64,000 nt of DNA from the NCBI GenBank assembly GCA_951406725.2, contig OX597833.1, positions 8,308,001-8,372,000 of the forward strand. The letters run 5' to 3'. A program made the position numbers and the translations under genes. Positions 24,311-37,270 of the stretch are shown here, piece after piece. The notes under the pieces are model-generated. The model ran no database searches. It was not told where the DNA came from and saw only the letters and a list, made by a program, of their open reading frames with translations. This stretch comes from Octopus vulgaris. Lineage: Eukaryota. Position 1 is the first letter of the stretch. Each line of letters starts with the position of its first letter.

Positions 24311-24995
24311 TCGACGCTGACGACGACGGTGACGAGGTGCAAGGACGTGCGAGGACATGTTTATCAAAGAGGAGAGGTCAGTATCCCGTTTTGTATTCAA
24401 TGGCGAAATTATGTTCAAGGTGTTATATACACACCTACCCGTGTGAGTGAGTGTATGTCAATAAATAAAAGACGTTTGTAATGGCCAACACCTTAATTCT
24501 CTTTTGTAATCCAAGCTATGACTAATCCGCTATATATTGTAAATCCTAACCTTGATTTTACCCCTAATTCTGTGGTTGCTGCAGAGAAAATATATTGTCA
24601 CCCGTTCACAAACCGACAGACTTGGTGTACTCCATCTACCGCTACTATGACGTTCACTGCTCTTCTTTACTAGTAATCTACACACCCTTTCTACTCGGGG
24701 CTTGACATAATCGACCCTCTCTCCTCCTATTGCACTTCTCTATCCACCAACCATCTCGATGGGGGATGTGAAGGAGTCACTACATTTTCTAGAAACAGCT
24801 GGCGAGGTTTTTCCATTGAATCATTAAACCTTGATCTTGTGAACTATTTTATAGAACTGCATGGATAGGAACAGAGTGAGAAAGAGGAGGGAGAGAAAGA
24901 GAGGTGAAATCGGTAGGTGGTAGATAGATAGATAGAGGGAGAGATAGATAGAGAGAGAGAGAGAGAGAGAAAGAGAGGTGAAATTGGTAGGTGGC

Positions 24996-25054
<59 letters not shown>

Positions 25055-26346
25055 CAGAGAGAGAGAGAGAAAGAGAGATGGCGAGGGAGAGAGAAAGACA
25101 GAGAAATGAACAGAAAGACTGAGTTTCCGTCTTCACAAAACTGGAATTTCAGCTCTTTTGTTGCAATTTCTGAAGAAATTTCTTCGCCGAACCAGAATTT
25201 ATGACGTTTAATGAGAAATATCTAAATGGCACCAAAATGGAGAACTTTAAATCAAAAGTCAAAATGTTGTCTTGTAGAAAGTGTTTCTTAGTAAGGAACA
25301 AATCCAGACATATGAACAAATTAAAACTTGGGTCCTTTTTTTGACACGGAAACCATTTTCAAAGAACTTGATATCCACACATAACAAATTGATCTAATAT
25401 GGAGACAGTTCTTGTGTCAAGAAGGAATACAATTTTAAGATGGTGGACAGAGTGAAACAAAACGGCACCAAACCAAAGAGAAAGATAATTAAATCTTTGT
25501 AATTATTTTAGAATCTAATTTATTTTATTTTATTTAAATAACTCTTTATTTAACAATGTTGTCGAAGAGAATTCACCCATTGCTATTAACTTATGCGACA
25601 CTGGTTTTTAAAAAATGACCCTGGATAGAAGAAACGACTGAAAGCAGTCTGCAGGATTTGAGCCCCTCGTTTTCTGTGACCCAGAGCGGTTAATTCCACT
25701 AGAGCAACCTCTTGTATTTCGACCATCACATAAAACCCCTTAATCTTCCTAGCGAGAAGGTTTATTTACATTGGAATGCAAAGGAAAAACATTGAGAAAT
25801 ATATAAATATGTCTTCTAAAAAATAGCTTCTAATGCTTTGGGTTTAAAGTCGTTGGATAGTAAAAGGCGGGAAAAGAAAACTGGCTTTGAAGAATTCTAT
25901 GGAAACGTGGTTTCTGCGATGGACGTCTGGTCCTTGACTTTCGCCTTTACTGACGATTATTAGTTTCAAATTTTGACATAAGGGTAGCAAGTTCGGGGGA
26001 GGAGGTAAGTCGTTCATATCGACACCAGTGATCAACTGGTTCTTTCTCAAGGCGTGTCTGTGTGTGCATAGCGTTCCCTTACTCATTGACTGTCACCAAG
26101 CCCAGTACATGCACTTATCTTGCACCTCTTATGTTATATCTTATGTTATATACGATATGAAACCTGACAGGAGAAATCAACCAATCACCCAACCAACCAA
26201 CTAACATTTACATCAGTTCTTTCATTACATAAAGATTATTTATTTATCTTTCGTTTCGATTCAATGCAGTTTGTTTCATTATGTCCGATTTTAAGCTTTA
26301 ATTTTAGGGAGTCTCTAACGAAAGAAAAACAGTTTTTAAAACTGAC

Positions 26347-26814
26347 CTTTTTGTTTGCAAAATCCAAAATTTGAACATTTTTACTCCGTCGAGATGTAAT
26401 GGTTGAATCATTTGTGGAAATGTCCGGTTCTTTCCGCTGGGTGTCGCCACTGCTACTTATACTTTCGTTGTTATTGCTTCCGGTGATGGTGAAGCATATC
26501 TCGTCCTTTGAAGTCGATGCGATGGCATCGGAATAACTATTATTGGGCTTCGATTTGATAGAAGGAGCAAAACCGTTTCTGGCTTCTATTTTGGAAATTT
26601 CGTCTTCAATTTCAAAAGCGATATTGTCCAGGCACGATCCAATGCCATTGGCTTGTTTCAATGTTTCTGTCGTCTGCTTTACGTCAATCAAGTTTTTGTT
26701 TGAATTTGCTAAATCTCCCGATCCACTGCAAGAGTCTAAACTTGATAGGTGTGGCCCTCTCTTCAGGTAGGCACTTGGAACAGCCAAAGGCGGGACTTTC
26801 AGTGTAGCCATCAT
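26347..26814 (-). CDS. First coding exon (Ser/Thr-rich cytoplasmic N-terminus, 156 aa) of the same GH31 gene
   Basis: Acceptor ttttttcag at 26869-26867 (exon starts 26866). aagATGATG at 26814. Open frame to donor AAG|gtcagt at 26347/26346, phase 0, matching the phase-0 acceptor at 13127 and giving ...DFANKK|ESPKQSYLKR...; joined protein 833 aa, 13.2-kb intron. Confidence 0.8.
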
Positions 26815-26894
26815 CTTGAAAGGCGATGTCTCAAATGACAAACAGACAGACGAGCAACCAAAATATCTGAAAAAAATAAAATATATAAATTATA

Positions 26895-27293
26895 TCTTTA
26901 TATATAAAAGAGAGGTTGTGTACTGTCTGTCTCCTACGATTTAGATTCCTAACTACTCCCACATTTTGCGGTGCAGTGTAACCAAAACCGGGTATCTTAT
27001 AGTCGTGATTCATATCGAGCCCTTCTGGGTATTAGCGCGCGTCTACGATGAGTCTACGATTTTTAAAAAAATTTACCATCATTTTTTTCCATTTCAATGC
27101 ATTTTTTCGCTATTATATAAGGGAAGTAACTCTCTAAAAATGTCTACGATGAGTCAACGATTTAAAAAAAAATTTACCATCATTTTTTTTCCATTTTTAA
27201 TGCATTTTTTTGCTATTTTTTGGCTATAACTCTAAAAATGCTTATATAGTTATTTCCCTTACAAACTCGAGCAACGCCGGGCGATACTGCTAG
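26895..27293 (+). mobile_element. Non-autonomous Helitron
   Basis: A|TCTTTATATATAAAAG 5' end; subterminal hairpin ctcgagcaacgccggg (27266-27281); CTAG|T 3' end at 27290-27293; no TSD; internal ~105-bp tandem duplication. Confidence 0.8.
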
Positions 27294-27439
27294 TGTATTA
27301 TAAATGACAGAAAATAAAGAAGACTAACTTGGAGTTATGAAAGACTTTGCAAATTATTGATGTCCGTCACATTACTGAACGCTAAAACATTTAAAGTGAA
27401 AATCGAGTGGAAAATAAATGAAATACTAATTGTTGTTGT

Positions 27440-27620
27440 TGTTGTTGTTTAGCCCAAGGTCAAGCCTGATTAACCAGACTTCGATGAAGAAGTATAATCA
27501 GCCGCATCTATTGAGACACATGTAGGATGATTTTTATCTGATGTACCCTCGTTTTAAGAGGGTGGGATGTGAGTTGAGGGGAACTTGGCTACTATTTCTT
27601 GATGATCGAGTGACTACGAA
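27440..27620. repeat. Dispersed repeat family often preceded by (GTT)n; related copies near 37630, 43665 and 46085
   Basis: Shared agcccaaggtcaagcctgatt and ttggctactatttct motifs among copies. Confidence 0.55.
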
Positions 27621-28098
27621 GGGTTTCCCTTGGGGATGTTTCTAGAGAATCCAGAATCCGGATAACCCATTGTGGATTGTGTGTGTGTGTGTGTAAGTTG
27701 TGTATTGGAGTCTATGAATGTGTGTTTGTGTAGATATATATATATATATATGCGTAGGTGTGTGCATGAATATGTGTGTTTTGCATGTGTATGTGCTTGC
27801 ATGTTTTGTGTGTATACATGTATGTGCATGTGTGTTGAATGTATATGTGGGTGTGTGAATATGTGCTTGCATGCGTGTGTGCGCATGCGTCTGTGTGTGT
27901 GTCTGTGCGCGTATGTGTGCAGTGTGCGCGTATGTGTGTGTGTGTGTGTGTGTGTGAGCGTGTTTTTCAGCACGTTTCTCATATCAGCAAACAATTTGAC
28001 TCGTATTTAACTAAGGTTATTGAGTCCGTGAGGTGGGGGCGGCGTGGGGGGTACTTTAGTTGTGTAGTGGTGCAGAGGTGATGGCGGCGCAGTGGTAC

Positions 28099-28139
<41 letters not shown>

Positions 28140-29224
28140 AGAGGTGTGTGAGAAGTCGTCTATCGGTGGTGGTGGTTTGGTGGCGGTGTTGGTGGTGGTG
28201 GAGTGTGTCTCAGTTAACGACTTTCTTATTAAAGAAGTCGGATCAAATTAATAATGAAATCTATTCCACAATCCTCACTTTTGTTTATTGTTTCTGTGGT
28301 CACCACCCCTCCCGACACCCCACCTTCCCATCATGCCTTTCACCTGAAAACTTTGTCCTTGTCTGATCTTTACAAACATCACGACGTTAACCTCTACTAC
28401 TACTAGAGTAGTAGTAGTAGTAGTAGTGTTATTGTTGCTGTTGTTGTTTTTCCCTGGAAGACACCTAGTAATCAAAAGCATTCCAACCATGACCACACAG
28501 TCTACGTTTTCGGGCATAGAATACGTAGGACTTTAGTAGAGTCCTTTTTGTCGCAAGCATTTAGACCAGGTCTAAGAATCCCAGCAACCCCTTTCTATCG
28601 CCAATCTCGGAAGCCCTGTAAAAAATGTAGATGCGTCCCTTTCTCATCTGAGTAAACCATAAAAATGAATGTCTTTCTAAGGGTCCGTATTGAAAGGGAC
28701 CCTTCATAAAATTATATTTTGAGGGCCTATGTAAGATTGGTTCTCTCGGCTGAAGCAGCAGCAATAGAACCTAACGGTGTTGCTGCCAATTTAGTCATCA
28801 TGAACTGCATCCAAAAATGACCACCCGACTGATTGGTGTGCTGTGTCTCCTCTCTCTACCTTTTCTACCGCTACTATAGAACGACCATTGGTCCTCGGAA
28901 TATTGGTGTCATGTTGCCTCACCCAGGCTTTTCCAACCCACCCGCCTCTCCTCCTTCCATCACCCCAATCCTTTCAACCCCCAAACGCCTACGTTGATTA
29001 CTAAAACGAGTCCTTCCTTCCCAGAACTCGCCTTTCCCTTCCAACTCCTCCCTGTTGGGGTCCATCCACAAGTGTTAACTTACAAAGGTCCAAGAGGAAT
29101 ATTAATGGCACCAACCTCCCCAATCAAGGCAGGGTAGGGTCCTATGAAGGACATGGGCACAGATTCTCCTGACCCGACAAATATAAATAAATATCAGACT
29201 GAGATACTTTCGTTTAAGATTTTA

Positions 29225-29503
29225 CTGCAATGGCCCAGTGGTTAGGGCAGCGGACTCGCGGTCGTAGGATCGCGGTTTCGATTCCCAGACCGGGCGTTGT
29301 GAGTGTTTATTGAGCGAAAACACCTAAAGCTCCACGAGGCTCCGGCAGGGAAAGGTGATCCCTGCTGTACTCTTTTACCAGAACGATAGAATAAGTACTG
29401 GGCTTACAAAGAATAAGTCCCGGGGTCGAGTTGCTCGATTAAAGGCGGTGCTCCAGCATGGCCGCAGTCAAATGACTGAAACAAGTAAAAGAGTAAAAGA
29501 GTA
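29225..29503 (+). mobile_element. SINE family C tRNA-like head fused to a family A 3' end
   Basis: tggcccagtggttagggcagcggactcgcggtcg...gtttcgattcc (A and B boxes); from ~29383 near-identical to the family A tail. Confidence 0.75.
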
Positions 29504-30143
29504 ACCGTTTGTGTAAAATTACAGGAACAAGATTTCCATTTCATTGTAGGAAACAATTTTACAGCTTTCATCTAAGGTGTTCTGACTTTCCCTCTTTTGA
29601 AACCAAGTCGCAAGGTGTAAACGCGTCGACCCCTAATCCCTGTGAGCTGAATTTCATATGTAAATTTATTGTCGTACTCAGCCCCAACAAACATCTTCAC
29701 TAGCCACCTTAATTAGAGTCCGCCGAATTCCTATTTTAGGGGTCGCCACCCACCAGCACCCGACTAAACATTACTTCTAAGCTAATTCTGTCATTCAATC
29801 TTGTTATAAATTAGATAAGGAATAAGGGACGATAGACTTGTTGATACTGGGTCCCCTGCTTAAATATCATTTGTAAGTTCATGGTCAGATAAGGGAAATG
29901 GGATCACAACAGGGAAACATAGGGTCACCCTGCACTATGCCAGTTATAGGGGTCCCAGGGTGGGGTTAACTCTATGTGTCTTTACAAAGAGTCGACGGAA
30001 AAAAAAACGTAGATTTATAATAACATCAGACATGAGACAGTGTGGGTAAATTGATATCTGGCTTATGGAGTTGATTAGTTTGATCATATACACACACACA
30101 CACTCGTATATATATATATATATACACACGCATATATGATAGA

Positions 30144-30205
<62 letters not shown>

Positions 30206-30699
30206 TATGTATGCATATACACATTTATATAAATGTATGAGTGCAAATATATATACATATATATTACACACACACATACACACACACACACACACACACA
30301 TACACACACATATACAAATACCAACATACTCGTCATTAATTAGTAAAAAAAAAGCGACGAAGTCTCAAAGGTGAAGGTGTGATGTTCATTCATCAAACAA
30401 GACGGAAGTTTAAGTAAACCATTAAACATTGACACATTAAATATGGCGGCGACATCTTGATCGCCCTACCACCCCTCTCTCCTCCTTTCTACCACCCCTC
30501 CCTCCTCCTCTCTACTACCCTCCCTCCTCCTCTCTACCACCACTCCCTCCTCCTCCTCTCAACCACCCCTCTCCCCTCTCTCTCCCACCCCACCCTTCCT
30601 TTCTTTCCCTCTGTCTTCTCTAACCTCTCTGTCTTTCTATTTACATGCGAATACATGCACACAAACATACATACACACACACACACACATACATATACT

Positions 30700-30757
30700 C
30701 TTTTACTCTTTTATTTGTTTCAGTCATTTGACTGCGGCCATGCTGGAGCACCGCCTT
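30700..30757 (-). mobile_element. SINE family A 3' fragment
   Basis: ttcagtcatttgactgcggccatgctggagcaccgcctt. Confidence 0.75.
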
Positions 30758-31789
30758 TTTAAATATATATATATACACAGACATACATTCATGTACAAAC
30801 CTACAATCACAGTGAAGGCGTGCGTATGTATATGTGTGTGTATATATATATGTGTGTGTGTGTGTGCATGTGTGTGTGTGTGTGTGTGCATGTGTGTGTA
30901 TGTATGTATGTATGTATGTATGTATGTACATGTATGTATGTATGTATGTATGTATGTATGTATGTATGTATGTATGTATGTATGTATGTATGTATGTATA
31001 CCACCGATACTCTCCCTCTTCTCACACGAGTAAAATATTTGAGAGGAAAATGAGATGAAATGAAAGTGATGTGACTTCTGGAAAATAAAAATCTCTTAAG
31101 TCCCAACCAAAATGGTTCTTCAAAGTCGACGGCACCATTCTTCTGAAAAAGCTATCGAAAACTGTAGTCCGTAGAAAAGCATTGTCCTGAGATCGATATT
31201 TCTTGTGAAGCAAAACCCGATATGTTGTGGTTGACAGAATCCGCCCAAGTTCAGTAAAAAGTCTTTTGCGGTTGTCTGTTGGACCAACTCTTCTTCAAAT
31301 TTAGCCAGAAGATATGAAAAATGTCACCAAATCCAGCAAAAGAGAGAAACAGTGGATTCTGAGCTTCAGAAAATTAGCAGCGAAGACGATGACGTCATAA
31401 AAGACTTAGGTGACCAACTTGCTGTAATTCCATCGGTGGGAAAAAATGGTAAATTTTGACTATTTCATTTCATTTTATTGGCAATGAAAAGCTGTACATA
31501 GAGGGAGTAGCTGCGAGCTGGATGAGGACATGATGATGATGGAACGAAAGAAATGGTTGGTGGGAGAAGCAACAACGATTGTTGCATTCTCGAAGACATT
31601 GTTCCTTTTTTTTCTATTTTCCTTTTCCCGCCTCGCTTTGAAGACGAAATTTACGGTTTTTTTTTTTCGTTTTTGTTTTTTTTTCTATGTTCTTTGATGT
31701 GTTTTGAACGAATTTGACCATGAAAACCTCTGGAAATCATTCGTTCTTTTAGATAAACTCTCATCTTCAAAGAGGGGCGGGTGTAACTT

Positions 31790-31981
31790 TACTCTTTAGT
31801 ATTTTTTAGTCATTGGACTGCGGCCATGTTGGGGCATGACCTTGGAAAGTTTAGTAGAACAAATTGACGTCAGTACTTTTTTACTAAGTTTAGTACTAAT
31901 TTCATGGATATCTTTTTGCCGAACTGCTAAGTTATAGGGACATAAACAAACCAACACCGATTGCCAAGTGGTGCGGTAGGG

Positions 31982-32030
<49 letters not shown>

Positions 32031-32150
32031 TTGGGATTCCACACAGTTTCCGTTTATCAAATTCACTCACATACATACATGAGTCATCCCGAAGCTGTAG
32101 TAGAAAACACTTGCCCAAGCTGGTTGAGAGGGATTGAACCCGAGACCACA
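31790..32150 (-). mobile_element. Diverged SINE family A
   Basis: gactgcggccatg, gccgaactgctaagtta, cacttgcccaag, gggattgaacccg. Confidence 0.75.
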
Positions 32151-32419
32151 AAGCGATCTTTTTTTTAATTACTCGACCAAATTGTTAAACACGGAAAACA
32201 AATTCGAGCTCAGCCAATTAAAAAACAGATTTTGGTGTTTAAACCTGTCACGATGCCTAATTAGATCGGAAATTTAGCAATAATTGTGATCAATAACTTG
32301 AAATAGAGAAATTTCATCAACAATAAAGTCAATCGATACAGTCGGTAGGAGGGTCACGTATGGAGTCCCGAGGACTTACCTCTACAAAATATGCATCCAT
32401 GACTTCTCAACATGTATAA

Positions 32420-32947
32420 TATGTATGTGTGTATGTATGTATGTATGTATGTATGTATGTATGTATGTATGTATGTTTGTATGTATGTATGTATGTATGT
32501 ATGTGCGTGTATGTATGTATGTATGTATGAATGTGCTCGTATGTATGTATGTATGTATGTATGTATGTATGTATGTATGTATGTATATGTATATGCATGT
32601 ATGTACTTATATATGTATGTATATGTATGTACGTATATATGTGTATATGTATGTGTGTATATATATAGATATATATGTATATATGTATGTACGTATATAT
32701 GTATGTATGTACGTATATATGTATGTACGTATACATATATATATGTATGTATGTATGTATCTATGTGTATGTATGTATGTATGTATGTATGTATGTATGT
32801 ATGTATGTATGTATGTATGTATGTATGTATGTATGTATATATATATGTATGTATGTATGTATATATGTATGTATGTATGTACGTATGTATGTGTGTATGT
32901 ATGTATGTATGTATGTATGTATATGTATGTATGTATGTACGTACGTA
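32420..32947. repeat. (TATG)n compound microsatellite
   Basis: Seen directly. Confidence 0.95.
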
Positions 32948-32999
32948 TAAAATTCAGTAATTACGTTACAATCCAACCAGTCGTGAGAAAGAGTCAGGC

Positions 33000-33360
33000 A
33001 CGTGACGTCAAAGGGTCAAAAGTATCCATCAATGGGTGACCAGTTCTATTATCTTCTGTGTGACAGGACACCCTGGGGCTGGTCAACAAACTGTGGTTGC
33101 TGTGCTGGGACATGTATGTAAGACAATTCGGCGGGACAAGTTCAATTCTCGAATGTGGCATCGACATCCGTTCGTCTTCCTTGTACCTATGATCTACTTC
33201 CCTTGTTTATCAGGTGGAGATGGATGACCACCTCTACGTTGCATTCGTTTATAATAGACATGAAATCTCCGTTAGCAAAAAGTATTTAAATATGGAAAAT
33301 GGCGTCATTTAACGCGTTTCTGTGCGCACAAACAGTACGCCGTACGCGCACGCGCAGTGC
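33000..33360. promoter_or_regulatory. Candidate regulatory region: E-box/CRE, YY1 and NRF1-like motifs
   Basis: cacgtgacgtca (~32999-33010), aaaatggcg (~33296), gcgcacgcgca (~33346) in CpG-rich unique sequence upstream of the GH31 coding exons. Confidence 0.35.
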
Positions 33361-33380
33361 TCACTCACGCCCTCATACAC

Positions 33381-33411
<31 letters not shown>

Positions 33412-33440
33412 TACGTAATATGTATTATGTGTGTTTATGT

Positions 33441-33483
<43 letters not shown>

Positions 33484-33839
33484 CACACACACACATGTAC
33501 ACAAGCATACATACATTCATACATACACATATATACGCACGCATGCGCGGGCACACACATTTCGAACTGAAGAATTGTTCTCAACGTTGAGAATCCTTTG
33601 GTTGCCAGATTTAAGGATAAAAAAGAAGACGACAGCCGTCATCAGCAAACAAGTCTGGCTTAGTAAAATGTGCGATGCTTTCACAAACTGTTTTAGGGGC
33701 CTGTGGAGTCGCGAGCCGGTATTGACGCTCTCTCACGCTCCCCATCTTTTGATCCAGCGGAACTCTGAGGATGTGGAAGCTGGAGGGAGAGAGGGAGAGC
33801 AAGAAAGAGACAGAGATAGAAAGAGAGAGATGGAAAGAG

Positions 33840-33842
33840 ACA

Positions 33843-33910
<68 letters not shown>

Positions 33911-34026
33911 AGGAAGGAAAGAAAGAAAGAAAGAGACAAAGAAAGAAGGAAGGAAAGAAAGAAAGAAAGAAACAAACAAACAAAGAAAGAAAGAAACAAA
34001 CAAACAAACAAACAAACAAACAAACA

Positions 34027-34092
<66 letters not shown>
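33840..34092. repeat. (AAAG)n/(AAAC)n microsatellite
   Basis: Seen directly. Confidence 0.95.
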
Positions 34093-34093
<1 letters not shown>

Positions 34094-34651
34094 GAGAGTG
34101 ACTAACAGAGTGAGATAGATAGATAGAAAGAGAGAGAGAGAGAGAGAGAGAGAAATAGACGGACATAAATAAACAGACAGAAATAGACAGACGACAGACA
34201 GACAGAAATAGACAGACAGACAGACAAACGAAGAGTGGGAGACATTGTCAAACGGGCTTGACTCGATAGTATGTACCGTGCTTTCACGAACTGTTTTAGG
34301 GGCCTGTGGAGTCGCGAGCAGACAGGCAGCATCTTGATTCCCTGATCCCTGATTCCGTGCAACAACCAGGATGTAACTGCTGGGGGAGAGAAGGAGAGAG
34401 AGAGGGCGAGAGACCCACAGAGATAGGACAGTACCGATACTCTGTATCGACTCTAAAAGGATGGAAGGTAAAGTTCACGTTGATAGGATTTGAACCCACT
34501 GCACAGTGATCCAGAACAAACATCCTGAGATTTACAAACAATAATTAGATGAAACCAAGAACTTCTACGCCATCCCCCCCCCCTCACAACTCACGAAACT
34601 GCAAAAGAAATCGTTTCTTTAATTTAAACTTAATCCTGTGTGTCGTCTTGC

Positions 34652-35240
34652 AAGGCAGAGACGTTAGCAACGCCGGACGAAATGCATAGCCGTATTTCGT
34701 CTGCCGTTACGTTCTGAGTTCAAAGTCCGCCGGGGTCGACTTTGCCTTTCTTCCTTTCGGGGTCGATAAATTAAGTACCAGTTACGCACTGGGGTCGATG
34801 TAATCGACTTAATCCGTTTGTCTGTCCTTGTTTGTCCCTTCTGTGTTTAGCCCCTTGTGGGTAGTAAAGAAATAGGTATTTCGTCTGCCGCTACGTTCTG
34901 AGTTCAAATTCCGCCGGGGTCGACTTTGCGTTTCTTCCTTTCGGGGTCGATAAATTAAGTACCAGTTACGCACTGGGGTCGATGTAATCGACTTAATCCG
35001 TTTGTCTGTCCTTGTTTGTCCCTTCTGTGTTTAGCCCCTTGTGGGCAATAAAGAAATAAGAATCGTTAGCACGCCGGGAAAACTGCCTCGTTCGTTTTTA
35101 CGGTCTGACTTCAAATTCCTTTGAAGTCGACTTTGCCTTTCATCCTTTCGGGATCGATAAAATAAGTACCATTTGATCATTGGAAATGACAGACGCCCTC
35201 CTGTGAAATTGGTGGCCTTGTGCCAAAATCTGAAACCAAT
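34652..35240 (+). mobile_element. Tandem array of SINE family B units
   Basis: 184-bp near-perfect duplication (34692-34875 / 34876-35058) followed by a third, diverged unit. B-box-like gagttcaaatt; body gtcgactttgcctttc...gtcgataaattaagtacc. Confidence 0.85.
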
Positions 35241-35894
35241 ATTGTACCATCTTAGCTGTTTAAAGATTTATAATTAATGTATTATAGCATTTTAATTAAA
35301 AGTTGCTTAGTTTGACCTCATAAATATGTCTTGTATAATTTGAAAGATGTAAAATTCCTGGCGCTAATATAGTTTCATATCTCATCGTTTGTTTTTACTC
35401 TTGTTTTACGACCAACTAAAATAATAATAAAAATGTATTTAAAAATATTTTTATTGCCCCATTTTTGCGCCTCGGCTTTAAAAAAGCCATCAAATTTATA
35501 GAAAAGTCATTTTAATGTCACAAAACGATCAATGCGTTCGCAACTCGAAATATTTATTATTCAACTGATAATTTTAACGAATAATTTACTGAATTGTCAA
35601 ATGAATTCGTTTAATTTTTTCTTTAATTTATTTTAATCTTTTCCAATGTTATTAGAATTAACACGAAAAATATTTGTATCGAAGTGTTTTTAGCGGTTTT
35701 TGTAGAACCGTTCTTTTGTTTATCGTCTTTGAAATCCGAATAAATATTCCATCTTTTCAAACATAAGACAACGGAGTGCAAAATATAAAGAGAAAAAAAA
35801 GCGAAGGAATTTATCTGACAATGCAATATTTGCTATTTTACGTTAATTAGCAATAAAATAAGAAATGATTTTTAATTATTTGTTATTACTACTA

Positions 35895-36280
35895 AAAGGT
35901 GGTGGATTGATAGAAATTGTCGACTGGCCGTTCACATTATGAGTTCAATTCCTACCGAGGTCAGATTTGATTGTCATTCTTCTGGGGGTCGATTAAATTA
36001 AGCAGCACTCAAGGACTGGCAGCAATGTAGTCGACTAAGTCCCCCTCCCCTCGAAATTACTGGCTTTGGGACAAATTAAAAACAATTCGGTGAGCGAACA
36101 GAATCGTCAGAGCATCGAACGAAAATACTTTGCGGTATTTCTTCCGATTCATTACGAGTTCGAATTCCGCCGGGAGCATCTTTGCCTTTCGTCTTTTCAG
36201 GGTCCATAAAATAAAGTACTTGGGTGAATGGAATAGATTAACCCTTCTCTCTAAAACTGCTGACCTTGTAGCAATATTTA
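35895..36280 (+). mobile_element. Two diverged SINE family B copies in tandem
   Basis: gagttcaattcctaccgaggtc and gagttcgaattccgccggg, each followed by B body motifs. Confidence 0.65.
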
Positions 36281-36283
36281 ATC

Positions 36284-36718
36284 AGGCGCAGGAGTGGCTG
36301 TGTGGTAAGTAGCTTGCTTACCAACCACATGGTTCCGGGTTCAGTCCCACTGCGTGGCATCTTGGGCAAGTGTCTTCTACTATAGCCTCGGGCCAACCAA
36401 AGTCTTGTGAGTGGATTTGGTTGACGGAAACTGAAAGAAGCCCGTCGTATATATGTATGTATATATGTATGTATATATATATATATGTGTGTGTGTATGT
36501 TTGTGTGTCTGTGTTTGTCCCCCTAGCATTGCTTAACAACCGATACTGGTGTGTTTACGTCCCCGTAACTTAGCGGTTCGGCAAAAGAGACCGATAGAAT
36601 AAGTACTGGGCTTCCAAAGAATAAGTCCTGGGGTCAATTTGCTCGACTAAAGGCGGTGCTCCAGCATGGCCGCAAACAAGTAAAAGAGTAAAAGAGAGAG
36701 AGAGAGTAAAGAGAGTAA
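36284..36718 (+). mobile_element. Full-length tRNA-derived SINE, family A (CORE-SINE-like; Octopus OR-type by recollection)
   Basis: tRNA-like head with A box (tggctgtgtggt) and B-box-like ggttcagtccc, central cttgggcaag, internal TA/TG microsatellite, tail ggtgctccagcatggccgc...(gtaaaaga)n. Many copies in the window. Confidence 0.85.
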
Positions 36719-37009
36719 CCCCGCAAGAAAGATATATTTTTTACTACGAACAAAATCAAAATAGACGAACCTTTCAAAATCGCACTTTAAGGTCACAAAC
36801 ACTAAAAAAATCAACAGGATCTCTGCTCCAAAAATTCAAAATGTTCCTTAATTTAAATTCTAAATCCAATACTTAAAGATCAATAGAATCTTGGCACCAT
36901 TGATTTACAATATTTCGCGATCTAAATCCAGATCAATAAATGTAATCCTTAATCGCACCATATGCCTTCTTCTGTTCCCTGATTTAAATATATCTTTATT
37001 CACGGGATC

Positions 37010-37270
37010 TCGAGAATTAGGGGTCATGCTTTTCGATTGCCAATAGATCGAAGACCAACGACAGCTACAAACTGAATGGGAGCCAACAAAGGGACGAAAG
37101 GAAGAAGAGAAGGAAAGCCAAGAAGACAGGGCGCGTCACCTTCAAAGAAGACATGAAGCAACTCAGCATCACGTGGGAAGATGCCGGCGACTATGCATCA
37201 AAGCCGGGGTAACTAGCGGTGTCTTATGGCCCAATGTACAGGCCAACTGTACGGAAAAGGGGTAAGGTGA
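37010..37270 (+). mobile_element. RTE-clade LINE 3' fragment
   Basis: RKKRRKAKKTGRVTFKEDMKQLSITWEDAGDYAS...CLMAQC resembles the RTE C-terminal GRP.KTW...EDL....TWE.A motif. Confidence 0.6.

Noticed and set aside
26236-26346. C-terminal part of the 201-aa ORF
   Set aside because: Lies past the AAG|gtcagt donor; intron read-through.
29225-29300. tRNA gene
   Set aside because: No proper acceptor stem; continues into a SINE body; a diverged second copy lies at 14990-15105.
31002-31077. Possible minus-strand UTR exon
   Set aside because: Good acceptor at 31078-31080 but only a weak donor; unsupported without transcripts.
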